Notes: generated by a model not told the origin, from the sequence alone. Shown: positions 38,212 to 51,123, counted from the first letter of the whole stretch. The stretch is 64,000 nucleotides of DNA, filler included, from Rhabdomonas costata (GCA_019059605.1; 47 parts of 47 records of this genome joined end to end with filler, not necessarily neighbours in it); one strand, 5' to 3'. Translations and numbers: made by a program.

Positions 38212-39288
38212 TGTGTTGTTGCTGTGGGTCTGTCTTCTCCTCGTCTCCGGGGCCTTCTTTGCGGCCTTCACGGCCAGTGTTCGCCGGGCCTTTACCCGCG
38301 CCAGGGTTTCCTCTGTGGAGAGCCTCGCCGAGGTCTTCCAAATCACGGTGATGCGGGATGTCACGCAGCGTGTAACGAGCGTTCTGGATGGCATGGTACT
38401 GATGCTGAATGGCTGGTCAGCGATCCCAAATGTGGAGCAGATCTCCCTGGCGGAGGCGCACGCCTACACCTTCAGCGTGGTGGGCAGTGTGCCCCCCGCG
38501 CAAGAGATGCTGCTGGTGCGCTGCGACGGGGAGGTCGTGGGCGCAGCCCTGATGCCCTCGGGGCAGATCGTCGTGGGGCACCGGCCTCCCTCCACTTCTG
38601 TGGCCCATGGGGAATTTTGAAGACGCTGGTTGCTCCTGCTTGCTCCAGCGGGCGTGATAGAGATTCTGTTTAATGGTGGGCACACCAGAAAGAGTCGGGT
38701 CTGATAAAGTTTTACGTTTACAATTATGCCATGTACTTACCGGTCGCTGATGGTGGTGGGTTGTTGCAGCATGCATTTCGAGACTGGGTCGGTTAAGGAA
38801 CATTTTAAGACGGACACCACATGGGTGAGTTTTAGTGGCAATGATTTTCCAGTTTTTGTTAAGTTGCGGGATTGAGCTGCTGTCGTGAATTTATCGGCTG
38901 CGACCTTTTCCGAAGATTCCCATGGGCATGTTTCCGTGTTGGGCACCCCTGAGAACATCACCTTCTGGACCTACAATGGCTCCTTGGGGCTGCCCTACCT
39001 CATCAATCCCTTTGAGGCACGAGAACAGCCGTGGTACCGCAGCGCTCTTCAGACCCATGACTTAGTATTCACTCATTCCTTCCGGCTGGACTTCCTCCCG
39101 GAGCAGGATCTGATCTCCGTCTCTTCTGCGGTGTATGCCTCCGCCGAAGGGTTTGAGGCAGCCGCGGTTCTGGCAGTATTCTTCCCCATTCGTGCAATTT
39201 CGGAGCAGCTCAGGGCGGCGCACTACGAGCTGCGGAGCTCTGGAATGCTGCTGTTAATGGAGCAGGGCACAAAACTTCCCATTGCCAG
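38212..39288 (+). CDS. Membrane sensor with N-terminal TM helix and Cache-like extracellular domain (exons about 38212-38578 and about 38916-39288)
   Basis: Hydrophobic helix, then a long helix, then FEAREQPWYRSA (Cache F/YDPRxRPWY motif) and ISVSSAVY...AVLAVFF...ISEQL; exon boundaries approximate. Confidence 0.65.
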
Positions 39289-41526
39289 GCATCTGCCCCT
39301 GTAAATTGTATCATCGTGTACCCTCCGCATTGCCACCTTGTGAGCAGAGGCGAAATTTCCTCTGAACTTTTCACATTTCTCTTGCAGAATACATCATTAT
39401 TGTTTTCGGTCTTTGCTGGCCGCAACCATCGCACCCAACAGGAAGAGGCCTCCCAGTTAAAGATGCTCCAGACAACNNNNNNNNNNNNNNNNNNNNNNNN
39501 NNNNNNNNNNNNNNNNNNNNTTAATTAATTAANNNNNNNNNNNNNNNNNNNNNNNNNNNNNNNNNNNNNNNNNNNNTTTGTTGGGTACTATGACAATGGT
39601 GTAGGGTGTATGAAAGTGGTTGAGCGTTGAGGCCTTGAGAGATTGTTTCCGGTGCTTGTGCAATGATCACTGGTGGCGATGTTGAAGGCTTTTGACGTTT
39701 CCAAGGGTTCCGTGATGTCCTGGGGGAAATCGGCAAAATGATGCAAAACTAAAGGGATGGCGGAAAAGATACCGCCTCTCTCTTCCTCTCCTTCGGGGCT
39801 TCTGTCAGTCGTTCTTCGGTGCTACTCCCCCAGACCTTAACACAGGTGCACAATCTTTTGCAAAGCGTTCGTTTGCCTTACTTCTTTCGCTCTGTTCTTT
39901 GTGCTCTCATTTTTTTTACGCGAGTATGCCGCTTCATCGGTTAGTTTGCTGACCAGTGATTAGCACGGCAGACAGAACGTGAGACACAAGCAGTCGGAGA
40001 AATTAAGGGTGCTGTATGAGGCGGCTTGGAATTAGCTTCCGTGTTGACCCGTGAGAGGTGTGTCTCGTGTCTTGTGGACGGTATGGATTGAGGAGGAAAA
40101 GAAAATTAGCGTGTAGCGACTTGCCCGAGTTGCTGGATGACGTTTTTGCACTAATACCCAGGTTGAAGCAACAAACCGGAAGCAAGTTCGAAAAAGAGGG
40201 GGAGAAAGAGGGAAAATCGGCGGGAAGGGCAACCAGAACGCAATTCAGAAGAAGAAGGAGCGCTGGCGAGGATAGTCAGACTCTATGTTCTGTCCGGTAG
40301 AGCCGGTGTAGTTATCACAGGCTGTGGAACCCATCAACCCACCGATATCGCGGAAACCCGACCCCACAGCACAGGATGGACTTCCGAAGGGATCCCCCCG
40401 ATCGGGCCGGGTAGCTCCGGAACAATGCGGCAGTAATGCCGCGGAATAAGTCTCCCATCCTCGGTGTTGACCACGACCCGCTCTTTTTGGGAGCACCTTC
40501 TGGTGCAGGTCAAACTACAGGGAGCCGAAGTGTACGGAACGCAAGTTGACCGCCGTGGTCTTGACCCTCTAGAAAAGCGTCCGCAGGGCCTGTACCGTTA
40601 TTCAGCCCGAAGGCAGACCCCTACGGCGTCTGCGAACTACCGCAGAGCGTTATGCCTGGCGTACCGAGGTTGGGGCAGCTGGTGAATGGCTCCCGTGGAC
40701 ATTCCCTCGGAGGCCTAAAAAATGACAAGAGAGACTAGAGCGCAAGAGATAGCTGCTTTCGCGTGTACCGTCATCAAGGAACTACCCCCCCCCCCTCCTT
40801 CATTCAACGAGGGTGGGCACACTCAATAACCGGAAGCCANNNNNNNNNNNNNNNNNNNNNNNNNNNNNNNNNNNNNNNNNNNNTTAATTAATTAANNNNN
40901 NNNNNNNNNNNNNNNNNNNNNNNNNNNNNNNNNNNNNNNAGATGAGTAAGTAGTTTCGGTGAACCAACGATGCACGCATGTGTAAGGTATTGGTTGTCTT
41001 TCTCCTGAACAATTGGCCAACGATGCAATCTTTGAAAATTTTGAAGGACAATGATACCGAAAACTAAGATGTTATTTTTTCAGAAAGAGGTCGAAGCCGA
41101 AGCGGGCCTGGGGTCTTTTGTATATTCAGCAGGCTCCGCGAAATGCTGCATTGCCGATCCTTGGTTTCGGAACTTTCACCCTCGGTCGCTTGTGGTGCGC
41201 ATCCCATTTACGACAGCGCCCATAACTATTTACAAAGAGCGACCCATTCCTCACCCCACACTACGGTTGTTTATTGTGAATCCGTGGCTGATTGATTTTT
41301 TATCCACCAGTTAGATTATAGAAATTTACTGGCGGTGTATCGCTTCTGGTCGCCAGCGACTGATTAGCACTTTGACTAATTCAAGTTCTGTGCCGTTTCA
41401 GTTCTATTAGTTGTTCTAGTGCTGCTTTGTTTTTGCTCCTGGTGTTTGTGGAAGAGCTGTGTGTCTTTTCGAGTACCGACAGCCGGTGTGTCAGGTTGCA
41501 GGTCGGTGTTTTCCCTTTTCCCGCAG

Positions 41527-41754
41527 CCCTTGCTGCAAAGCCACCGTGCCTCGTTGTCCTCCTCCCCACCGCGGTCGGTCTCTGCGGGCAAGGCTTTGGT
41601 GGAGAAGGTCATTGCGGGCCACCGCGAGGAGGCCAGGCGGATCCTTGAGCAGCAAAACCCCGACGTGGGGCAGGCCCGCGATGGCTGCACCCCGCTGCAT
41701 ATCGCGGCGTACAGCGGGTGGGCGGATATCACGGAGATGCTGCTGAAGTCCAAG
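41527..41754 (+). CDS. Ankyrin-repeat protein exon
   Basis: DGCTPLHIAAYSGWADITEMLLKSK is a canonical ankyrin repeat; CAG acceptor and AAG|GT donor. Confidence 0.88.
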
Positions 41755-43680
41755 GTTCCGCTCCCCTCTCCTCCCCTTTCTCTTTTGCGCAGCCGATGCT
41801 GAGCAATTGAGATCTCGCAGTACACACGAACTTATAGAACTTATAGGGGGCTTGATGGTTGTGCCTTTTCACCTCGAAATACGAGACACTTTAGTACCTG
41901 AGGAGATTTTTCGGCCGGTGAGGGGAAGAAAAATCTCCACTGTGTTCTAAAAGCAAAGCGAGACATCTCTTTGTTCTGAGAACAACGCCTACCAGGGACC
42001 TTCTCAATGGAGCTCGGTGTCCCAAAGTTGGTGTCCAAAGCACCTAATTTGTGCCCGTTATTTGATTTCAAGCTGTTCTCAGTCTCTTCTCAGTCTCTTT
42101 TCAACCTTTTGGTCAGAATCGGGAGTTTTCCACAGCAGAAAAGGTGTTAGGTGTGCGTTCCTTGGAGTGGGCTGAATTTCCCATTTTGAGTTTGCCAAAT
42201 AGAANNNNNNNNNNNNNNNNNNNNNNNNNNNNNNNNNNNNNNNNNNNNTTAATTAATTAANNNNNNNNNNNNNNNNNNNNNNNNNNNNNNNNNNNNNNNN
42301 NNNNGGTTTGTGTGTCTGAATTCGTGAGGTTTCTGAAGTCCTTCACGTTCCATCAAACTACATATTGTACATGATCGCATGGTATGAAGACAGCAAACTG
42401 AACAAATTGAATTTTCTTTTGTGGTCTTGGTATTTTCCATGGTATTGCAGCTCCCCCTGTGTGTTTGCTATTTTGCACCACATTTAAATTATCAGTTCTT
42501 GAAATAAAAATGTCCAATGTGCCTTCTCAAAGCTCAATTTTACGCGTTCGCTCGATGTTCAGGCCCTGCGGGCTTTTTCCTGTTGGCGCTCCATATTCTC
42601 GTCAATTCAATTCCTCCCGCGAAGTGAAGTTAAATTGAAGTAGTAAAAATCGAAGGTTAACAAATGCTCAGCAATAATAAAGGTTTGAAAAAACGTATAG
42701 AAAGAAGGTATGTCAGTCAATAGATGTTAATCACAAGGCTGAGATTCGCCCAGTCGTATTTATCTGGCACCCTCCACTAAACTTGCAGACTTTCAGATAT
42801 GTTGCTTTTCTCGCAGGGAGTTAGGCAGGATAACAGCGTCATGCGTTTGTTTCTTTTCAACAACAACCGGACTTACATAACGCCTCCACGCCTCCAGATG
42901 CTACCACACGTTCCCTCGCTTTTCCCCCGCACGTACCCGCCACATGTCGCAGTTGGTGACGCACTGCACAGTTGCGCACCGCGGCTCCAAGAACAGACAT
43001 GCCACCTCTCCGAAGACTTCCCCTGAAGTCAGCGTGGCCACCTGGTTGCCGTAGTCCACCGGGGGAGGTCGGGCCTGTGGGCGAACAAAAGATTTGGGTG
43101 ATAGTTTTGAGAAGGCAAAGCCGAAGCAGGCCTGGCGTCATTTGTATGTATAGCAAGGCCGAAAGGAGTTTCCCGATTTTTCATCCCACCAGTTGTGGCG
43201 CCCCCATGGCGAACCTTTCGAGTCCCGTTTGCGACGTTGTGGCCTCTCGCAGCGGAGGGATTACGACAGCACCTACAATGTACTTTAGAAGAAAGCTCGG
43301 AAACTGGCTCTTGGCCGCCTGCAACCCCAAATCAATAAAATTCGCACAGTGACAAAGCCAAATTTCAGAAACCGGATAATCTCGGACAGCATCCAAGCTC
43401 CCCCCCCTTTCCTTACTGCTCATTATGAGAAGGAAATGGTCGAGTTGAGTCGGAGGTGGACTTTCTTGGGTGGGATGAGTTGTTTTCAGGTAACCCGCGC
43501 GCGTCGGTTGGAGCGATCGCTAAATTAAAGTTCTCTCCCTTTTACGCAGCACGTGGGTTACCCAAAAACNNNNNNNNNNNNNNNNNNNNNNNNNNNNNNN
43601 NNNNNNNNNNNNNTTAATTAATTAANNNNNNNNNNNNNNNNNNNNNNNNNNNNNNNNNNNNNNNNNNNNGGGTGGGGGTG

Positions 43681-43782
43681 TATGCATGCGAGGTTTCTTA
43701 TAACCCTTGTCTGAAGATATCTGAATTGCCCTCCGTATTCAGATATCTTCAGACAAGGGTTATAAGAAACCTCGCATGCATA
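43681..43782. repeat. Perfect 46-bp inverted repeat with 10-nt loop at contig start (likely amplification fold-back)
   Basis: 43681-43726 is the exact reverse complement of 43737-43782. Confidence 0.95.
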
Positions 43783-44517
43783 TCCCCGCAACGAAATGTG
43801 GCATCCTTGCATCCTGCTTTTCGTGCAGCAGGTAGAATGTTTCACTTGAAATTGGTGCTTCCATTTCTGATTACTCCGCGTAGCTGTGGGAGTGACTTCT
43901 CAGCGGAGTCAGCGAATCGCCTTATCCCTGCGGAAAGTGCCAGGGGTTTGCTCCATTACGGTTGACATGTCACCCCACTCAAAGTTACCGCCTTCCTTTA
44001 CTATCATTACAATCCTGCATTTCAGTCACCTGAGAGGCGGAGCTCCCCTGACCCCAACAAGCGGTCCCTCGTCGCCCTCTGCGCTCCCGATGGCTTGCAA
44101 GACTTGGCGCCATAGATGGAGAACCTTGATGGACCCAGCGGCGTCCAGCTGTGCCCTTCTACTTCTGCCCTCACTGTGTGCTCCGCCCGTTCAGCACAGT
44201 TCTTACGGATGCAGATGCAGGGGGTTTCACAGCTGCGTATCGGGCTCACTTTCACCGAAGAAAAACGAACACATTCCGTCCTCAGCAGTGCAACGGTTCC
44301 TGTACGCGCGTCGGTTCGGGGGAGGGACAATGAGTGAGGCAGCCGAGCAGACCCGAGGCCCTTCGTCCGAGTTTCTCATCGCCCTGTCTCTTTACAAGTC
44401 GCAGGACGCGGCACCCCGCAGCAGATTGTCCGCGGGGGGTGAGGGATGGGGATACCCTTTCCAAAGATCCCCCCTCCCAAGAAGCTGCAAGGTAGCACCC
44501 TCCCAGGCCAGTTTCTC

Positions 44518-44699
44518 TCAGCGGAGAAGAGATTCCGTGATGGGGAGCACCACAACATCCTCCTCTCCGGGCCACCGCTTCTGCCCACCCACGAACAGCA
44601 GCTGCCCGGTGGATGGGTGGGCCACCATCGCGCCCATGTACCGCCAGTGCGGCACCGCCCCAACGCACTCCGCGGAGCTCCACCACTCCCACTGCTCAC
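44518..44699 (-). CDS. Possible kelch-like terminal exon
   Basis: GAVPHWRYMGAMVAHPSTGQLLFVGGQ resembles a kelch blade (PxxR...hhhGG); CAG acceptor. Confidence 0.35.
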
Positions 44700-45090
44700 C
44701 TGTGGCAAAAATCCAATGCATTTCTGCATGCCCTCCTCTTGGAGTTATCCTCCCTGCAGTTCAGCCTTCCCAGCATCTTTGATTCACTTCACCTCTAAAA
44801 ACAGGAGTACATTCTTCTATAAAACTGCTTCCACTGCTCCAAAGCTCCACTCCTCTAACTGAACACACACACCTCCCTCACTTTCCCAAAACTATTTGAG
44901 CACCACCAGCACCACCAGCACCACCACCAGCACNNNNNNNNNNNNNNNNNNNNNNNNNNNNNNNNNNNNNNNNNNNNTTAATTAATTAANNNNNNNNNNN
45001 NNNNNNNNNNNNNNNNNNNNNNNNNNNNNNNNNGTGTGTTTTAGTACAAATATTGTGTCCTTTTTGTCTTCAGGACCTGGTTAACATCTT

Positions 45091-45980
45091 TCTGGAGTTC
45101 TCGCTGACTCTCTGGAGCGGTGCGAATCACTGAAGAGACTTTACCTAGGTGGATTTTCTCAGTTGAAAGAAGTCAACGCTGCAAGAATCCTCAACGTTCT
45201 GATGCACAAGAAGATCTCAGGACTGGAACTTCCGGACTTCAACCTTGCACTTCTACGACCAAGCTCCCAGTCACCTGGAATGCACCAGAGCGTCGAGCAC
45301 CTGTTTTACGTGCTTGGCTTCCACGACAAATCCAGGGCATTCTTGGTATTGCTCCCCCATATCTTCGGTACCAGGACATCACCTCAGTTGCGCTGTGGGT
45401 GTCCGTCACCGTGCTGGACTTGGAGATTAGGGAGCAGCCTGACTATGCCGTGCTCACTACTTCCTTCATGGCGCTGACCAACTTGAGCGTGCTGAGGCTT
45501 CACCAGTGCTACTCAGCTCTTAACCCAGCGCTTACCGCTTCACAAGTTCAGAACCTCTCCGCACTGCAACTTCACAGGCAGCTGACCAGATTTGAGATCG
45601 TTCTGCCATCAAATTACGCGGACAGCGAGGCCTCCATTCTCTCCACTCTGGATGTTGCCCGCAACATGAGCTTTACCTTCTCATCATACAACATGACGGA
45701 GAGGGCTCTGGAAGGATTCCTCAGACTTTGGAAGGAAAGTACTAAGCTTCGGAGACTAACGGTTAAGATGCAGAGCATGGTTACTGACGTTCGTGATTTG
45801 AGCTGCCTTTTGCGTCTTGAGTCTCCCCCAACAAATGCAATTTTTTGCCTCTTTCTGAACACGGATGTGTTTCGGCACCTCACTTCAGTGCAAGTGCAGG
45901 GCCTGGAGAAGATCAATCTCTTTCTGACCTTCTCGTTTTGGAATCACGGTCCATTGGAAGACGATGAAGACAATCACTAG
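45091..45980 (+). CDS. Leucine-rich-repeat-like protein (two frames joined by a probable very short intron near 45337-45374)
   Basis: LERCESLKRLYLGG, LTNLSVLRLHQC, LTRFEIVL and LRRLTVKM are LxxLxL-like units. Confidence 0.5.
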
Positions 45981-46847
45981 AGTGCAATTTTCTGTGCTTA
46001 TGTGTACCCTGTTGGGTAGCTTTTGAAACTCCTTCCCCTCGGTTCGTGTGAGCACTATTCTGCCAGTTTTGCTCACTACGTTTCTGTGCAACGTTGAGCT
46101 ACTATTTTGGGTGAACTCCTTGTGCACGGTGAAACTCCTTTGTATGATTTGTTGTGTTTCCTCAGACGTGATCAAGAAGAGAGTTATGTCTAATACAGTT
46201 GCGGTGATTGCAAAAACTGTGCGAATCAAAGAATTTCTCCATTGGAATTGTTTTTTATGATTTTCTTGATCACGTCTGAGGAAACACAACAAACCACNNN
46301 NNNNNNNNNNNNNNNNNNNNNNNNNNNNNNNNNNNNNNNNNTTAATTAATTAANNNNNNNNNNNNNNNNNNNNNNNNNNNNNNNNNNNNNNNNNNNNGGG
46401 GGTGAAGCAGGATGCAATTCTTGTTACAATCATGAAAGGGCACCAAACAAAGTGCACAGAGGAAAAAATTTCCGGTGCATGAGGATAAAACAAAGGACAG
46501 GGGGATGGAAGGCGTGGTGACAAGGAAAACAGTGAAAGCAGTGAAGAATGAAAACAGTTTAGGCGATGTTGAAGTTGAAAGTGGCAATTGCCAAGAGAAG
46601 AGAGGCGCTTAGCGAAAGTGGTGAATAACACGTATATAAGAAAGGGATGGGTTTTGGGTGATTGGGACAGCGTACGGTGCAAAAAAACTGAGGGCAAACC
46701 AAAGCCGCGGGTCATGTTCCAAACCGCGCGTCATGCGAACCGCCAGCCTTTCCGCCTTTATATTGAGAGATGGTGCAGTTCCGTGCCGCTGTGGATGCCG
46801 CCTCTCCCATCATCACTGCACGTGCCCACCGCACGACCGGGACCTAC

Positions 46848-47074
46848 CTGTGGGGTCGGAGGTGATCTTCCGGATCACGCAATCTCGGTCCGCCGCGGTC
46901 GCCCCATCCAGCAGGGCCTGCACCACAGGCTGTGCCGGCTGGTGCTGCAGCAGGTCAACGAAGTCTCCCGTGGGGTGGGCCCCAGAAACCCCATACCGCA
47001 GATTACCCGCGCCACCACCACCACCGCTGCTGCTGCTACCGCGCCCCTCCCCTCGCTCGCCATCGTCATCGCCA

Positions 47075-47109
<35 letters not shown>

Positions 47110-47184
47110 ATCACCCGCACCCGAGCCCAGCTCATCGGCAGAGGAATTCCTCAGCAAAGCCTTGGTTGATGGTGCGGGTGGCAT
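46848..47184 (-). CDS. Exon with (GD)n low-complexity run and a possible Pumilio-like repeat
   Basis: FVDLLQHQPAQPVVQALLDGATAADRDCVIRKI resembles a PUF repeat; (GACGGC)n hexamers; CAG|GTAGGT donor; start uncertain. Confidence 0.35.
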
Positions 47185-49131
47185 TAACGCGAAGAACGCA
47201 AGGGCCCGCTGAAAGAGTCTGACGGCCGATGTTCAAAATTGCTGTCCGTGGCATTGCCCCTGAAGCAATTCATTGCACATGGACATGTCGCAATGAACCC
47301 CGAGACTATCTCATCTCGGTTGAGACCCTTCGCATTAAAATTCTGGATTGTTGTTGGAGCCCAGTAACTGTGAATGGAACTGGGTATGTACAAGAGCGCG
47401 TGTAGCGAAGTACATTTCGTGTGAAATCATTCTCGCATATCCCCAAGCGCAACGGAGGGCATAATGACGAAACCAACAACGTATGTATAAAAACCCACAT
47501 GCCTCTATACCCGGGGGCCCAGACAAATGGCTCTCGGTCGGAAGAAACAAAGCAAGAATAGAGAATCCCCCGGACACCACCTGCAGCACCCTGCCGTGGA
47601 CCTCCGTCCGCCCGCCACGCAGCAGCTGCACCACCACGCGGCACCCGTTTGGGTCNNNNNNNNNNNNNNNNNNNNNNNNNNNNNNNNNNNNNNNNNNNNT
47701 TAATTAATTAANNNNNNNNNNNNNNNNNNNNNNNNNNNNNNNNNNNNNNNNNNNNGGGGGGGTTGTTCGAGAAGTGCACTCTGTGTGGGTGTGGCCCTGA
47801 AACCAATGTCCTGGCGTACTGGTTCCGTGCTTCCCGTGCGCCAGGCGGGACCAACGTCACCCAGCTGTGGTACCCCAGCAACTCCAGCAAGGACTGCATC
47901 CCTGGACGAGGCTCGCCCTGGGTGGACATCATCCTCCGGCCGAAGCCCTTGTGGGCCCTGCTCGCTCGGGCGATGGATGCGGTGATTGAAAACAAGAAGG
48001 CTCGGCCCATGCCGTTTCACTTTTATCCTAACCGGCTGTGGGATGCCCCGAGGTGAGAGACAGGCCACGATGGGATCAAAGTGATAAGTAGTGCCGAGCC
48101 CGGGCGCGAGCGAACGGCTGCGGCTCAGCTGGGTTTTTGAAGCACTCAGGCCAGAGCGATATCAGCTGGAAACAGGCTTCTTTCGAATGCTAGTGTTTAC
48201 AATCTGTCAGTCGGTATTGTTTGGGGCGACTTTTTTTTTGCGTGACAGCTGTTCGTGTCCACTGGGGAACGAGAACCCAGGTGGTGGGTTTTAGTAAGAG
48301 GTTTCTTTAAGTAGGCTAACACCTTCAAATGCACTCGGAGAGCAAAACAATTCTTGTTGTCCTTTATGCTTTGATGCCATTGACGGACCAGATGTCTGTG
48401 CATGTAACTCCCGGATATTGGGCCAGAATTTGGGTGGTGTGGTTGTTGATGTTGAGGTTGTTGACCCTGCCTACTCTCGCAGCGGACGCGCTTTGGTGAC
48501 ACTGTATTGGGGCTGAAGCTTTTTCGGCCATAATAAACACTCTGTTCTGAGTGGATGTTGTCCCGGTGATTGCTGGCTGCACTCCAATGGAGAGTCCAGC
48601 CTCCGCTGCAGCAGTGGAGCCGCCTCCCCTCGTGGATGAGGATCCTTTTATGATTCCGCCATCATTGTACCACAAGTACCTTGCCCTGTTTGAGCGGCAC
48701 CGGGAGCAGCCTCTATGGATTTCCAGTATGCCGCTGCACGGCGAGGGATTCGGGAAAAGCGTCGCTCTGTAGTTCTTCCGGATTGTGTCTGTGTGTGTGG
48801 CAGCCAGGACGGCTTGCAGGTTGTGCACCGTTCTGGATTTGTGGTTTGATTTCCGCTTTTTGCGAGTTGTTTGCGAGTCCCCCCACCCCGTGATTCTTTG
48901 TTTCTGCTGTCCGTTCCATCCTGCTTGCGGCTTATTTGCATGGTTTTGTGTTTCCCCTTCACCAATGCTTCGTGCCGTTAATCGTTCACTCGCTTGCTGC
49001 GAGTGTTCCACACAAACCCNNNNNNNNNNNNNNNNNNNNNNNNNNNNNNNNNNNNNNNNNNNNTTAATTAATTAANNNNNNNNNNNNNNNNNNNNNNNNN
49101 NNNNNNNNNNNNNNNNNNNGGGTGTGGGGGT

Positions 49132-50383
49132 AGATTAAAATATTTAGGTGATTCAGTAATTCGTTTATTATTATCTGAATATTTATATTGGAGATATGAA
49201 GATCAAGATGAAGGATTTCTAACAAGTCTAAGAATAAAATTAGAAAATGGTATTATGTTATCTAAAATATCACAATCATTAAATTTACATGAATATGTTT
49301 TAGTTGGTGATTGTGCACAAGAAGATACTGACATTGTTTATAAATCAAATTATAAAACAATTATGAGTGAAAGTGTAAAAATTCTAATTGGTGTATTATA
49401 TATTGATAAAAAATTAGATGTATGTAGAACATTATTTATAAATATAATAGAAGATGAATTTGATATTGCTGATATATTATATAATAACATAAATTACAAA
49501 GATAAATTATTACAATATTATCATAAAATGAAATGGAATGATCCAATTTATATCGTAGTTGAAAATTCAATAAATAATTATTCACATGAATTTGTAATTG
49601 GTGTACAAAATGGAATCGATAAAACAATTATTAGTTTAGGAACAGGTACAAGTAAATTAAATGCTGAACAAGAAGCTGCAAAAAATGCATTACAATATTA
49701 TGATGTTGATTATACATCATCTCAAGTTATACAAACTAAAACTGATCATGATATAAATGAAATTATACCACATTTATTAAATATGAAAAATATACATATA
49801 ACAGAAGAATATATAATAAATTTATTTAAAACATATAGTGAAGATATTGAAATTGATGATTTACATTTATATCAAATAGCAATGACACATAATTCGTATA
49901 CACATAATATTAAAAAATTAAACATAGTAAAAAAATTCATTAAAAATACATTAATTGTTCCTTCTAAACTAAAATCAGTAATACCATTACAGAAACAATC
50001 ATATGAAAGATTAGAATTCTTAGGTGATTCTGTATTACGTCTAATTTTATCAGAATATATATATTTAAGATATAGTGAAAGTAATGAAGGATTTATGACA
50101 AAATTACGAACAAATATTGAAAATAATAAAATATTGAATATTTTAACAAAAAAAATAAATTTACATAATTATTTATTAATCTCTAAAATAGAAGAACAAC
50201 ATTGTGGACGTACTGGAAAAATAGATATATTAGGTGATTTATTTGAATCTTTTTTAGGTGCTACTTATATTAATACATCATATGATACATCATATAAATT
50301 TGTTAAAGAAATATACGAAAAAGAAATAGATTTTGCATCTATCATTTATAATGATACAAATTATAAAGATCAATTATTAAGAT
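49132..50383 (+). CDS. Tandem ribonuclease III (degenerate RNase III - dsRBD - intact RNase III - start of second dsRBD), giant-virus (Mimiviridae-like) type; truncated at both ends
   Basis: Frame is open from contig start: RLKYLGDS...; dsRBD NYKDKLLQ...GTGTSKLNAEQEAAKNAL; second domain SYERLEFLGDS...ILGDLFESFLGA; then NYKDQLLR; intronless and about 20% GC by eye. Confidence 0.92.
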
Positions 50384-50771
50384 NNNNNNNNNNNNNNNNN
50401 NNNNNNNNNNNNNNNNNNNNNNNNNNNTTAATTAATTAANNNNNNNNNNNNNNNNNNNNNNNNNNNNNNNNNNNNNNNNNNNNTGTGTTTTGTGGCAGAG
50501 CCTGTGTCATGAGTCTGCTGATCCGAGGAAACAGAGGGCGCCTGTTGCTGTGTGTCTCACTCGGTGTGGGAAAACTATGTCGGTCTCGGAACCGGAACAT
50601 GTGGAGCCCTACAGCACTTGGGGAAGGCACCACATCATTACGTCGTCCATGAATGGCCAGCATTTGGCCTCAGCTAAGATTGCGCAGACAGGTTGACTCA
50701 GTCAGGAAGACATCGTGATGCGAATGATGCGAATTGGAAGTTGTAACGGTAAACACTTTTAATGGTTGCCC

Positions 50772-51073
50772 GTGTTAACCGTAACCAGAGGTGACAAAAA
50801 ACTGGATCAAAAGTTTCGCCAAATTAATTTCAAAACCGTAATGCATGCCAGCATTCTTAAAACAGCTTCATTTTTGCAAGGAGGTTAGGTTAGCTTTACC
50901 AGTGCTCCCTAAATGATAGTATTTTTGCTTAGCAGCTGAAAACTACTGCTGGTTAATACAGACTCGTCAACGGCTGGGATGTGGGCAGAGGAGTAGGACG
51001 GCATTAAATTAGGGGCCTTAATTAGTTTGTTAATGGTATACTCATATAAAAACTGATCATTGCTAACAGTTAC
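50772..51073. mobile_element. Family A MITE-like copy (intronic)
   Basis: GTGTTAACCGTAACCAGAGGTGAC...ATGCCAGCA...TTTACCAGTGCTC aligns to 327-478; right end TGCTAACAGTTAC. Confidence 0.55.
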
Positions 51074-51123
51074 GGTTACAGATACACACACACACACGTG
51101 AAAAAAAGGTTCAACGGCTGTAC

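Noticed and set aside
40245-40730. Possible degenerate retroelement ORF end
   Set aside because: No RT, endonuclease or zinc-knuckle motif recognisable
43681-43782. Perfect hairpin as a miRNA precursor, terminator or hairpin telomere
   Set aside because: Perfect arms abut the primer-like tail at a contig end, the same pattern as the chimera at 36853-37148 that mirrors coding DNA
43886-44782. 298-aa + strand ORF
   Set aside because: No motif; probably a chance frame in GC-rich DNA overlapping a likelier minus-strand exon
49120-50383. Host Dicer/Drosha or endosymbiont rnc
   Set aside because: Composition and lack of introns are unlike host genes; bacterial rnc has one catalytic domain; a dsRBD between the domains is not the Dicer/Drosha layout. 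Not excluded without a search
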